Shown piece after piece: positions 11,176 to 22,711 of a stretch of 64,000 bases of DNA (positions within the stretch are counted from its first letter, which is position 1; the number at the start of each line of letters is the position of its first letter). The notes beneath the pieces are model-generated. The model was not told where the DNA came from, ran no database searches, and saw only the letters and a list, made by a program, of their open reading frames with translations. The stretch covers positions 97,966,865 through 98,030,864 of the forward strand of contig NC_092377.1 of assembly GCF_030028105.1 (NCBI RefSeq). Direction: 5' to 3'. The translations under genes were made by a program, and so were the position numbers. The stretch is from Mobula birostris. Its lineage: Eukaryota.

Positions 11176-11330
11176 GATATATATGGTATGTGTGTGAGTA
11201 TATATATATTGTGGAAATATATCTGTAACCCTGAAGTTTTTGTGAATTTGTTACTTTTGTAAAATGTAGTGTGACAAAACGGGACCTGTGAGATCCCAGA
11301 GTTCTCTGCTGGTTTGCTGGCTCACAAGTC

Positions 11331-11331
<1 letters not shown>

Positions 11332-11379
<48 letters not shown>

Positions 11380-11400
11380 ATATGTGTGTATCTATGTGTG
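11332..11400. repeat. (TG)n / (TATG)n microsatellite
   Basis: Directly visible tandem repeat. Confidence 0.95.
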
Positions 11401-11420
11401 TTTTAGCAAGATGTTATGGA

Positions 11421-13272
11421 CAGGGCTGGATTAAGCAAGTGCAGGGCCTGTAGCTTATGTTATAAAGGGGCCCTAAATTTAAAAAATGCACCTAAGTATT
11501 AAAACATAAATTATTTACTTGCATAGTAAAGTAATTCAATTTTTTTATTTGCTATACAGCCGGATAATACAACAGATGTCTGACACTTCAGTAATAGTAT
11601 TACTTACATGTAGGTATCAATTTCAAATGCCAAAAGTAACAAATCTACAATTTAAAAGTTACATTTTCTAGATTTAGCATGAGCAAATTTGTTGATGATA
11701 CTTGAAATGTCTATTTCACGCAGAAGTTCATGTTCAATGTTCATTAGAGTGAGATTGTTCAATCTGTTTTGACCCATGGTGCTCCTTAGTTCATTTTTAA
11801 TCCTTTTCAGTTTTGAAAATGAGCGTTCTCCACTGCAGTTCATAACCATGAGTGACAAATAGATGCGCAAGGCATTTTCTCCATTTGGAAAACACGACTC
11901 CAATTCTTCATCAAGACTTTCTTCCAGATCTTCCGGATATGATTTAATAAGATTTGATGACCTCTTTACGATCTCTTCAGGTGTAAGCAACTGTAACTGA
12001 TGAAGGAATCCAAAAACACCATTCACTTTTAGATAAGCTTAATGCCTTTTTTTGACAGGGCAGAAAGCAAGCTGTCAATAATGGCAAGAAATGTTTGGCT
12101 TTTAAACTTCTGAGAAGGCGTTTCAGATTCAACAAGTGGATCAAGAGTGCTGGAACCACTGAAATCATCATATGCATGATTTTGCTTGTGTTTTCTTCAA
12201 GTTTGCTGTTGATAATCTTCATACTTCACACCTTGGCTTTTTGCTCAGTGTCTGAAAAAGTAGACCGCGTAACTTGCATATATCCATGCAAGGATTCATA
12301 GAGTGCACAAGCTGTTTTCAAGTCTTGGCCAGAAGATTGCAAAGAAGCACTGGTCATTTGAAAACGCTGTAATAGTTGATCCCACAATATGACCATTATT
12401 CCTGTTCCCAACTTCATCATGGTTGGAAGTAGTCCACGAGCCTGTTGTCGACACTCTGCCTTCTGATCATCGTTATTTGAAATGTCATCCAAGACTTGTT
12501 TTATGCAGAAAAGCTGTGTAAAAGTGCTTTTGTTGCATCTGCACGAGCTGACCACCTGGTATCTGACATTCTTTTCACAATGGGCAAATGAGCACCACCA
12601 TCAGAAAATGCAGCAGAAAGGAGATCCCACCGATAAGTAGAAGCAGAAAAAAATGTGTACAGGCTTTCTACAAATTGAAAGAAAATTAATGCTTCTTGAC
12701 AACATTCAGCAGCGCATTTTCAACTAAATTTAGTGAATGTGCAAAACGTGGAATGTAATCCGCAAACTCATTCAGCTCTTTAATTCATGCTTGTAAGCCA
12801 CTATACTTGCCACTCATGTTGCTGGCATTGTCATAACTTTGACCACGGTAGTCTTTCATATCAATGTCATTTTCCTTTAAAAAGTCAAGTAAACTTTGAG
12901 TGAGCTGTTCAGCACTATGACCTTCCATATCCAAAAACTTCACAAATCTTTCAACTGATCCAGACGGCAAAACATAGCGCACAAAGTCAGCAGTGCAACT
13001 TCCAGCAGTGTAACAGCGCACGCTGCAGCAGCTTGGGAGCGTGGGAGATAGCGCAACAGTCACCACGACACAGCAAGGAGCCAACACACGCCTGCACACA
13101 CATACCATGCAGCTCTCCTGACACGAAAACAACAGCGTTGCCAGATCATCGTGAGAATACGGTGAGATGCCGATTTCACCAGACTGCAGCTTGCAAGCAT
13201 TTAGTGCAGGGCCGTCGAAAATGCGGGGCCTGTAGCATAAGCTATTTTTACTACTAGGTTAATCCGGCCCTG
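11421..13272 (-). mobile_element. hAT (Tip100/ZMYM1-like) DNA transposon, internally deleted
   Basis: TIRs CAGGGCTGGATTAA / TTAATCCGGCCCTG; perfect 8-bp TSD GTTATGGA (11413-11420, 13273-13280); minus-strand remnants RGQSYDNASNMSGKYSGLQA, DTRWS and CSGERSFSKLKRIKNELRSTM; frameshifted, N-terminus absent. Confidence 0.95.
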
Positions 13273-13555
13273 GTTATGGAATGAAACAACCTAATTACTG
13301 TTCTCTGTAAAAAATATAAAAGTGGTTTGTCTGAGCTATAAGATTGAAGCTATTCTCCAATGATAATGTATGGAGGTAGCTCTCCTTGCGAGTAAATAAT
13401 AAGTGCACCTATAATTTGATCCACCCTGAATTTGCCGTAGTTTGTTATCTTTTATCAGAAGACCTAGCTTAATGGTACATGACAATTTTTAAATTGTAAT
13501 TTATAGTTTTTCTCATTATGTATTTCAATTTATTGCTGCCTCAAAGGACTCTTGA

Positions 13556-13888
13556 ACCATCAGGCTCTTGAATTAGTGTGGATAGCTTCACTCACCCCAA
13601 CAATGGACTGATTTCACAACCTATGGACTCACTTTTAGGACTCTACAACTTGTGTTCTCGATATTCATTGTTTATTTAATTTTTTTTCTCTTCCTTTTGT
13701 ATTTGGCCTATTTGTTGTCTTTTACACATTGGTTGTTTGTCCTTCTATGTTGTGTGAGGTTTTTCATTGATTCTATCGCATTTGTTTTTATTTACTGTGA
13801 ATGCCCACAAGAAAATGAATCTCAGGATACTATATGGTGATACATATGTACTTTGATAATAACTTACTTTGAACTTTGAACCTTGAAC
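13556..13888 (+). mobile_element. Rex1/Babar 3' UTR fragment
   Basis: ccatcaggctcttgaa...cttcactcacc...tttgataat ending in (ctttgaa)n. Confidence 0.8.
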
Positions 13889-14192
13889 AGCAATCTCTGG
13901 AGCTTTCAGAGAATGTGAAAAATAAAAGATTCAGTGAGTGGCAGTTCTGTGGAGGAAAATGCCTTGTTAATGAAAGAGGTCAGAGGAGAATGGCTAGACT
14001 GGCTCAAGCTGACAGGAAGGCAATATTAATTCAAATACCACACATTACTACAGTGGTGTACAGAAGAGCATCTCTGAACACACAAAACATTGAAACTTGA
14101 AGTGTATGGGCAACAGGAGCAAAGAAACAGACATACCTTCAGTGGCCACTTTATTAGATACCCCCTATACCTAATAATTTGGCCTCTGAGTG
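13889..14192 (+). mobile_element. Truncated copy of the Tc1-derived element
   Basis: SEWQFCGGKCLVNERGQRRMARLAQADRKA; ends in paired TIRs 14136-14192 followed by TA. Confidence 0.8.
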
Positions 14193-14289
14193 TACATATC
14201 AAAATGTGAGCTAAGATATGTATGCTGTTGATACTTCCTTTTTGGAGAGATGCTTGGAAATAAATTAACTGGTTGAAATCTACTATAAA

Positions 14290-14718
14290 CCAGCATTCAT
14301 CATCAAGGATCCCCCACCATTGAGGCCACGCTTTCTTTAAGCTGCTGTCATCAGGAAGGAGGTACAGAAACTCCCGGCCCAACACCACCAGGTTGAGGAG
14401 GAGCTTCTGAACCAGTGTAGATAACTTCACTCACCTCAACAATCTATGGACTCACTTTCAAGGACTCTACAACTCATGTTCTCAGTATTATTTGTTTGTT
14501 TATTTATTTATTATTATTAGGTTTTCTTTTGCATTTGTAGAGTTTTTCTTTTGCATATTGGTTGTTTTTTAGTCCTTATGTACAGCTTTTCATTGATTCT
14601 TTTCTATTTCTTTGTTATACTGTGAATGCCTGCAAGAAAATGCATCACAGGGTTGTCTATAGTGATATACGAACTCTGCTAATAAATAGACTTTGAACAT
14701 TGAACTTTGAACTCTGAA
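14290..14718 (+). mobile_element. Rex1/Babar 3' fragment abutting the PRKN exon acceptor region
   Basis: IIKDPHH...LLSSGRRYR remnant, UTR and (ctttgaa)n tail ending ~35 nt before the exon. Confidence 0.85.
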
Positions 14719-14753
14719 GGCTGTCCTTTCATTTGTCCCCTTTTATCTTCCAG

Positions 14754-14872
14754 GTTCAAGCTGCTACCACCGTTTTTATGTCTATTGCAAGACTGTGTGC
14801 AAGGCTGTGCAGCCTGGGAAGCTAAGAGTACGATGCAATACTTGTAAGCAAGGAACATTGACTTTAGCAATG
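14754..14872 (+). CDS. PRKN: Parkin (RBR E3 ubiquitin ligase) internal coding exon, equivalent to human exon 4 (N-terminal part of RING0)
   Basis: Pyrimidine tract and acceptor (tttcatttgtccccttttatcttccag), donor ATG|gtaaga. 119 nt, phase 1 in and phase 0 out. Translates [40 protein letters not shown], matching human parkin [40 protein letters not shown] as recalled. Zn-ligand cysteines and the K161/R163 equivalents are conserved. Confidence 0.96.
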
Positions 14873-15011
14873 GTAAGATGCAATACTTTGTTTGTATAAG
14901 TGGCTGTAAATAGCATTTCAAAATGTTACATTTGACATTGTGGTGCCACACTCTTCAAGAATTCTTGAAGGTGTATTTCCCTTTAAAAAATTGTCTCAGA
15001 ATTGTTTGTCA

Positions 15012-15230
15012 GTAGTCAGTGTAAGTAAAAAGTGAATAGAACAGAGGGATAAACACACAGCCTTGTGCTGCACCTGTTCTAATGTTGATTGTGAAGGAAA
15101 TGTTGTTGTCAATCCCAACAGACTGGTGTCTGCAAGTGAGAAAATTAAAGATACAATCACATAAGGAGAGATCAAGATGTGGGTTTTAGAGCTTATTGAT
15201 TAGTTTCGTGGGGTAGATAGTGTTGACAGC
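15012..15230 (-). mobile_element. Rex1/Babar RT fragment
   Basis: Antisense of FLTCRHQSV...GAAQGCV; colinear with ~9590-9790. Confidence 0.7.
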
Positions 15231-18188
15231 TGTTATGGCGGGCTGAAACAACTAACGTCTATTGGTCAGCTGATAATCTATCCCAGGGATTATTTAGCTT
15301 CACTGATTGATTGACTTTCACTAATTGATTGTTGTTCCAATCAACATCTTGAATGTTCTTTGGGTAGACCATGCATTGGGATTGGATTTTTGAGATTTTG
15401 TAGTTTCTTGGTTTTTACGGAATAAAGGAGTATTCTGCATTCTAGCTTAGTCCTGTCTCCTGGCATCTGGTCTCATCAGTAGTTATAGGTGAGCAAACAC
15501 AACAAATTGGCGACCATGTGCTGTATTACAACAACATGGCAATGTCAGCAGAGGACTTGAATGGAATTCTACAACAGCAACAAGCTCAATATGAGGCAGC
15601 CCAGCTGAAGTTAGTTGAAACCTTGATCAGCAGGTTGTTAGTGAGCCCAATGACTTCAGTGTCAAGCACTGAACAGAACTCATGTAAGTAATTATTGTGT
15701 GTATTGCTGATTTCTAGTTTGATGCCACTTTGGGAGTTATGTTTGAATCATGGTTTAAATGTTACAAAGATATATTCTGGGTCAAGTTCACCAGTAAAGA
15801 TGGCCCATGGATGATACACACTTTGCTCCAAAAATTGGGTATTGCTGGACATGAGCATTATTTCAACTTCATTCTGGCTAAGAATCTGTGTGATCTCTCT
15901 TTTGATGAAACTGTACAACAAGTAACAAGCATTTTTGAGAATAATCATCTCTCCTCATTGTTCACTAGCCAATGCCTGAAACTCGTTAAACACGACGCTG
16001 ATGACTGTATCCCATATGCCGGTGTCATCAAGCACAAATGTGAAAAGTTCAGGCTGGGTAAACATGAGTGAATCAAATGTCTGATTTTTATTTGTGGACT
16101 TCAGGCACCTGATGATGTAAACATTCATAAATGGCTCCTGTCCAGACTGCAGCAAGACCCTGATATGATTTTACAAGCTGTCAATCAAGAATGTCAGCAT
16201 TTGATCAACCTAAAACATGATTCCAACGTAGTCGAACAGAACCATGTCAGTGTAGTTTCCAGTGGCCCAATCATCAACTCTCAGATGTTTCCAAACGGCC
16301 AAACACAGCTTGTTGGAATTGCGGTGCAGGGCATTACACAAGAAACACTGAATACTAGAAACATATTTGGAGCGAATGCCAATGCTGTGGTCACAAGGAA
16401 GGCTTTTTCCATCTTTCACTGTCTTCTAGGCATTGAAACACAAGGGCAAGAAGTTTCAAAAGCCATCTAAATTGATAAGGAATTTAATGGTTACATCCAA
16501 AGTTGACTTTCCCCCACCTCCAGGAGAAAGCACTTCAACATATTTATCAACAATCAGTTGGTCATGGTACAACTCAGTACAGTGCCAGAAATCACCATTA
16601 TCTTCAAGCACACGTGGTGGGCATTTGAGTCCCCACCAGTCAAATCAACACATCACTCCGGCTGCAGTGCATCTGGTGGATCCCTCCAGCTGACTGGCAA
16701 ACTGCACTGCATGGTGAAGCTGAACACTAACCAAGTCAATGGCATGTGTTACGGAACAGGCCAACCAGATCTGAATGTCCTTGGTATTGACTGAATGGAC
16801 AAGCTTGATCTCTGTATCACCCCTCTGGATGAGGTCTGTACGAAGACATTGGCTGGTCAAATCATGTCAGTCGATTCCACACCACTATCAGTACATGAGA
16901 CCATTCAACAGCAACTGCAATAACTCTATGCAGCAGTGTTTCAAGAAGGTTTAGGTTGCTGCACCAAACTGCAAGCAGAACGTCATCTTCATCCAGTGAC
17001 AAAGCCAGTCTTCTGTCCCAAAAGACCAGTACCATATGCAGCCTTACCAATCGTGGAGCAAGAGTTAGGTTGTCTGCAACAAGCTGGAGTGATCAAAGCT
17101 GTCAACTACTCGCTTTAGGCATCTCCCATAGTCATTATCAAGGAAGCCAATGGTACAGTGTGGTTGTGTGTAGACCTCTCATTTAGTCTCAGTGCGGCTC
17201 TGGAGATGTGCCAGTACCCATTATTGGTACCGGCAGATCCCTTTGCAAAATAGAACGGTGGTCGCTACTTTGCAAAGTTAGACTTGGCTGAAGCCTACCT
17301 CCAGGTGGAAGTGGTGGAAAATCACAGGAGCTTCTCACCATTACAACACATGTTGTTTTCCTTCCTCTGTCTGCTTTTCACGGTAAAGGCAATTCCTTCA
17401 ATATTCCAACAGATTATGGACAGCTTGCTGAATGGTATTGATGGTGTTGCTGCTTACCTTGAAGACATCATTGTGATGGACATGGATCAGACAGAACTAT
17501 GCAAACACCTGGACCACATTTTGAACAAACTGCAAGACTTTGGATTGCAATTTTGGCAGAAAAATATAGCTTCCTGATGTCTTCAATTAAGCATCTGGGA
17601 TTCATCATAGATAAGTATGGTCATCACTCAGATCCCAAAAACGTCACTGCTATCTTAAAGATGCCTCCACCATCAGATATAAGCACTTCATGATTATTTT
17701 TGGGCATGATCAGCATTTCTCCTAGCACTGCACTGGCTGAGAAAGCCACTCATTGCCCTGTTCAACAATGGTCCAAACAATGCCAAGGGGGTTTTGATCA
17801 GGTAAAGAATATGCTGTTGTCCGACCTTCCCTTAACGCATTTCAACTCAGAGTTGCCATTCGCTGTTGCAACGGATGCATCCAACTAGGGGGTGGGAGCT
17901 CTCATATCCTATATCTTCCATGATGGTTCAAAAAAAAACTGTCATACAAGCAGTCAGATCACTGAGCACAGCAGAAAGGAACTATGGACAAGTCAAGAAG
18001 GAAGCTTTGGGAATCATCTTTACTGTGAAGAAATTCCACAAGATGCATTATGGCAGAAGCTTCACTCTCCTTACTGACCACAAACCACTGTTTGGATCTA
18101 AGAAAGCCATCCCAGTGCATACAGTCAACTGTCTACAAAGGTGGACAATGATGTTATTAGCCTACAATTTTGAAATCAAGTACACATC

Positions 18189-19020
18189 TGGTTTAAGATA
18201 GAGCTGCTGAAGACAGGTGACAGCTTACTGGTGGTTGATAAAGCAAGAACTACAACTAAATACTGCATTAATAACACTTTTCTCATGGAAAATTGTGGTA
18301 AATAATCATCACAAACAATAAGCAAGCGAGTGAAGGCGAGGCTGGCTTGAGGGTCGAGGTATGCAATGCAACGGCAGAATGAGGTCGAGGCATGTTCGAG
18401 TAAGAGGGGTCATAGCCAGAGTGCGACATCGTGAAAACAGAATCAGAGTCAGAGGCAGAGTTGGAACAAGTGCGGCAGAGGAATTTCAGAGCCCATCCAC
18501 CTAAATCGGGAGCAAGGTCTGATCCATCGAAGTGCTGGGCCGATTTGGAAAGGTCGGGTATGGGATGGAACATGGCACGAGATCCAGGCCCAGAGCATAT
18601 CGATGCAGCAAGGCCCAGGTCTGAGCACGGTGAACGACCTGATGTTTGGACAATTTAAATGTTGGGTCAGATGGATTGAAAAGGCAGGGTGTTGAGATTG
18701 GAGGCTAGAGTCAGGCCAGTTCTGCTCGTTGCTCCACGACGTTTACTCTGCTGTCCACAGCACTGAGACTGAGGCTGTGGTCCTGCTCCGGCTGCTCTGG
18801 GCTTCGTGTCTATGGACTCAGTCTCGTTCAGAATGCTGTCGCTTGCTTTTATTGTTTGTATGATTTGTGTTTTATTTTCTCTCTGTGCATTGGGTGTTTG
18901 TTGCTCTTTTTTTAATAGGTCCTTTTGGGTTTCTTGGTTTGTGGCTGCCTGTAAGGAGACAAATCTCAAGGTTGTATAATTTATACATACTTTGATAATA
19001 AATGTACTTTGAACTTTGAA
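18189..19020 (+). mobile_element. Non-coding Rex1-tailed element inside Gypsy pol
   Basis: (ctttgaa)n tail; flanked by acatc (18184-18188, 19020-19024); same 3' part at ~46690-46950(-). Confidence 0.7.
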
Positions 19021-19261
19021 CATCAACCTATGAACTTTGTCAGACAGGTACCCTCTCTAAACTTAGGAATCAGCAGGTTACTGAAAATGAAAGTGCAATA
19101 TTGGCTGCAATTTCAGTGGATTCCGAAGTCCACTGTGTTTTATGGGATGTTGCTGAAAGTCTTCAAATCATGATCAACAAGATCAAAGCAGAAGTGGCTA
19201 CAGATCCTCTTTTTCAGTATATCTCCAGATACCTCATTGATAGATGGCCAGTCAAGATTGA

Positions 19262-19958
19262 GGAGGGAAGGAGAAGATGGCGGCGTCACGCAGCGCACGC
19301 TGCTGCTCCGAAATGATATTGTATTTGTAAGTAGGTACCGTGCACAATCCTGATTTGATGGAGACAGACGTGAGAAGCGCGGAGGAACACCTGGAGAAAC
19401 TTCTGAAATGCCTGCTTCGCTGCCGTTGCTACTGTGCGATCAAGAATCTCCGGAGGGAAAGGCCCTAAATCCTCGGCTTTGCCTATTGCCTGTTGCTGGA
19501 GTCGGGGTCGAAGCGCTCGGCAGAGATGGTGCTTGGTGCTCAGTGTCAGAGGGCTGGTCGGAGGCTCGAAGTTTTCGGACGGACTCAAGAGTTGGGTGTG
19601 GTCGGGTGCTTCCAGGGTGCTGCATCGGCAAGTTTGTGGCGCTGGAGGTTCATGACAGGAAGAGAGTTTCTCTTCCTTCTACTGTCTGCATGAGATAATG
19701 GGACTTTCGAGAGACTTTGAGACTTTTTTTTACCATGTTCATTGTCTGTTCTTTGTCAAATTACGATATTGTTTTGCACTGTTGTAACTATATGTTATAA
19801 TTATGTGGTTTTTGTCAGTTTCTTTTAGTCTTGGTTCGTCTTGTGTTTCTATGATATCATTCTGGAGGAACATTGTATCATTTCTTAATGCATGCATTAC
19901 TAAATGACAATAAAAGAGGACTGCGTGTCCTCATTACCTAATCTAATCTAATCTAATC
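19262..19958 (+). mobile_element. Young CpG-rich non-coding element with (TAATC)n tail inside Gypsy pol
   Basis: Starts gaagatggcggcg, ends aataaaagaggactgcgtgtcc...(taatc)n; no RT ORF. Confidence 0.7.
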
Positions 19959-21194
19959 ATACCTCACTCTCAGCTGTGGACTCCTACCTAATGCTTGAAG
20001 ACAGAATAGTGATTCACGAACACTTCATTCAAAAGTACTCAATCAATTCCATCGTGGTTACCCGGGCATTAATCAATTGAAAGCCCTGGCGAGAAGCTTT
20101 GTGTACTGGCCAGGCATAGACCAAGGTATCATATCAGTATGCAAACAATGTACTCAGCTACCTTTGGCAGCAAAGAATCCAAGTAGAGCCGATCCACACC
20201 CATTCCTCAGGCTACCAGACCTTGGAGTCGAGTACATATTGACTTCGCTGGCCCAATCACGATTCTACCTACTTTGTCCCAGATGACGCCTATTCCAAAT
20301 GGCCAGAAGTATTATTTATGAAGTCAACAATGACAAATGCTACCATTCAACAGCTGCTGCAGATCTTCAGCCGCTTTTGGGATGCCAGAAACCTTTGTTT
20401 CTAACGGTGACACTCAATTCAGTGCACAGCAATTTGCAGCATTCTGCCTGAACAGCAGAATTATTCACATCCACTCACCCCCCATATCGTCCACAGTCCA
20501 ATGGCCATGCAAAGAGGTTTGTGGATACCTTCAAATGAAAAAGGGGAAATCTAAAATCAGGAAGGGAAGGAGCGTCGGCCAAGGCTCTTGACGCATTTCT
20601 GTTGATCTGTCGAATTACACCACATCTGGGCCTCAAGAGGAAGTCACCAGCTGAAGTGCTTTTGACAAGAAAAGCGACCAACATCCAGTCCAGCAGGTGG
20701 TCAGGTGCATAAGGGCAGCCACACAGATCTTGGCTGATGGGTGAAATCATTCAAGCCCGGAGCTGCAGTGTGGGCCAAGTAGTATCACAATGGGCAAGAC
20801 CCCTGGGTCCCAGATCAAACGAATATCAAACAAATGGGGAAAGTACTTTACAAAGTTACTGTAGACAGACATCGCTGGTGTCACCGTATCATCCAGTTGT
20901 GACCATGTGCTCTCGAAGGCAGAACTAGTTTGTCTGACAGATCATCAAACACAGAGCTGGACCTTCATCTGCTCCTGGAAGGGTTTGATTTAGTTGAACA
21001 AACCAACCACCAGCATCAGCACAGCTGCAAGCAACACCACAACACAGTGAGAGCCTGCAACTACTAGAAAGGACTGATTGCAAGTGTAAGCTGGTTGTTC
21101 CAATCCAAATCAACCCTCAGCTCAAATTCTACAGGTAATAATCTTCAACAGGGAGGCATTACAGCAAACTGAAACAACCAATACCTATTGTTCA

Positions 21195-21372
21195 CAACAG
21201 GAATTCTGCAGATGCTGGAAATTCAAGCAACACACATCAAAGTTGCTGGTGAGCGCAGCAGGCCAGGCAGCATCTCTAGGAAGAGGTATAGTCGACGTTT
21301 CAGGCCGAGACCCTTCATTAGTCCTGACGAAGAGTCTCAGCCTGAAACGTCGACTGTACCTCTTCCTAGAAG
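21195..21372. mobile_element. Young palindromic Penelope terminal-repeat insertion in the Gypsy 3' LTR
   Basis: Perfect 13-bp TSD tacctattgttca (21182-21194, 21373-21385); inverted arms meet at ~21320. Confidence 0.9.
21320..21355 (+). ncRNA. Minimal type I hammerhead ribozyme motif (Penelope-associated)
   Basis: AGUC-CUGACGA-AGA[GUCUCAG]CCU-GAAA-CG-UC^GACU: helix I AGUC/GACU, full core, weakened helix II, palindromic ACGU in place of helix III. Confidence 0.7.
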
Positions 21373-21461
21373 TACCTATTGTTCAACTGATAACCAATCC
21401 TAGGCCGAATTGGTCATTGTTCCAATCAAAAGTCTTGAATGTTCCTTGGGTAAGCCATTTA

Positions 21462-21762
21462 CCATTGCGTTGGCGTATGGCCAAGTGGTTAAGGTGTCGG
21501 TCTAGTGATCTGAAGGTTGCTAGTTTGAGCCTCAGCTGAGGCAGCGTGTTGTGTCCTTGAGCAAGGCACTTAACCACACATTGCTCTGCGACGACATCGG
21601 TGCCAAGCTGTATCGGCCCTAGTGTTTTTCCCTTAGATAACATCGGTGGCATGTGGGCATCTGCTGGTCTTCCATACAACCTTGCCCAGGCCTGCACCCT
21701 GGAAAACTTCCAAGGTGCAAATCCATGGTCTCATGAGACTAATGGATGCCTATACTATAAAT
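21462..21762 (+). mobile_element. tRNA-CORE SINE with RTE-derived tail, in the Gypsy 3' LTR
   Basis: A box tggccaagtggttaagg, CORE-like gtgtccttgagcaaggcacttaac, 3' half shared with 27295-27490(-); TSD ccattta (21455-21461, 21763-21769). Confidence 0.85.
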
Positions 21763-21917
21763 CCATTTAAATAGTTGTGCTTTGGGAAGTACAGTTAAGT
21801 TTTGAGTTTTGAGATTTCGTGGTTGTGTGGTTTCACTGAAAAAAGGAGTATTCTAAGTTGTGGCTTTGGCCGATCTGGTTTTGGTCTCATCAGTAGTTGT
21901 AGGTGAGCAAACGCAAC

Positions 21918-22705
21918 TGTTACGAACCCATAGGTTTTGTTTACTGTGGACTGTCACTTTAAAAGAGTGCTTCGGTGAGGCAGGACTGTGATGTTGTTCA
22001 CTGACTGATTCACGCTTGTTTAGCTTTAAAACAAGGACACAGACAGTCAGAAGTCAGAAGAGAGAGAGAGAGGAGTAAACCTGGAAAAGAGTAGCAGCTC
22101 CAGCTTGTCGAAGCTGGGGTTTTGGAACTCTGCTATACCCATAAGGGTGGATTGATCACCGATCCAGTGCACATCAAATGTGTGGCGGTCACTTTGTATA
22201 AGCCATAGGAGTGGATTAAAGAATGTCCTGTGGGACCACTCGAAGTTAACCCTTGCCTGGGTACGTTATGTGGTAACCCCTTGAAGACGACATCCCTGTG
22301 ACAGATCACTCTGGTGGTAATTAGTATGTGGATTTGGAAAGGCTCGATGGAGGATCTTCGATAACTGATATTTATTAATTACCATCGTGGAACCTGTGGA
22401 ATTCGACGTAATTGCCTTCTCTCTACATTTACCCTGGATTACAGATATTTCTCTTGCATCATTCCTTCCGTGGATGAACTGAACTTTCCTACTTTACCAT
22501 CTTAAGACTCTGAGCTTTGTTTCCCCAAGCTTAATTTCGTTTGGGAGCTATATTACACACATATATACACATAACTCTTAACATTTGTTTATCTTGGTTA
22601 AGTTATGATATTATAAGTAGATACTAATAAAGATAGTGGTTTTAACATCAAAACTAGACTCCAGTGAGAACTCTATTGCAGCTGGTTTGTTTCTAAAATG
22701 TTACA
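21918..22705 (+). mobile_element. Solo LTR of a second LTR-retroelement family
   Basis: TGTTAC...GTTACA ends, AATAAA at ~22626, 4-bp TSD CAAC (21914-21917, 22706-22709). Confidence 0.85.
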
Positions 22706-22711
22706 CAACAA

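Larger units (their letters stand above)
11210..13484 (+). mobile_element. Probable solo LTR interrupted by a (TG)n tract and the hAT element
   Basis: Starts TGT, ends ACA, TATA-like tataaaa near 13315; flanks atat/attt are only an imperfect 4-bp TSD. Confidence 0.4.
15231..22710 (+). mobile_element. Degenerate Gypsy LTR retrotransposon (Mag/K02A2.6-like) with five nested insertions
   Basis: 5' LTR 15231-15504 (TGT...ACA), PBS TGGCGACCA at 15508, gag from ~15536, RT (KRPVPYA, LAEAYLQV, AAYLEDII), RNase H (VATDASN, EALGIIFTVKKFHK...LLTDHKPL), integrase (MKALARSFVYWPGID), purine tract ~21150, 3' LTR from ~21157. Confidence 0.92.
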
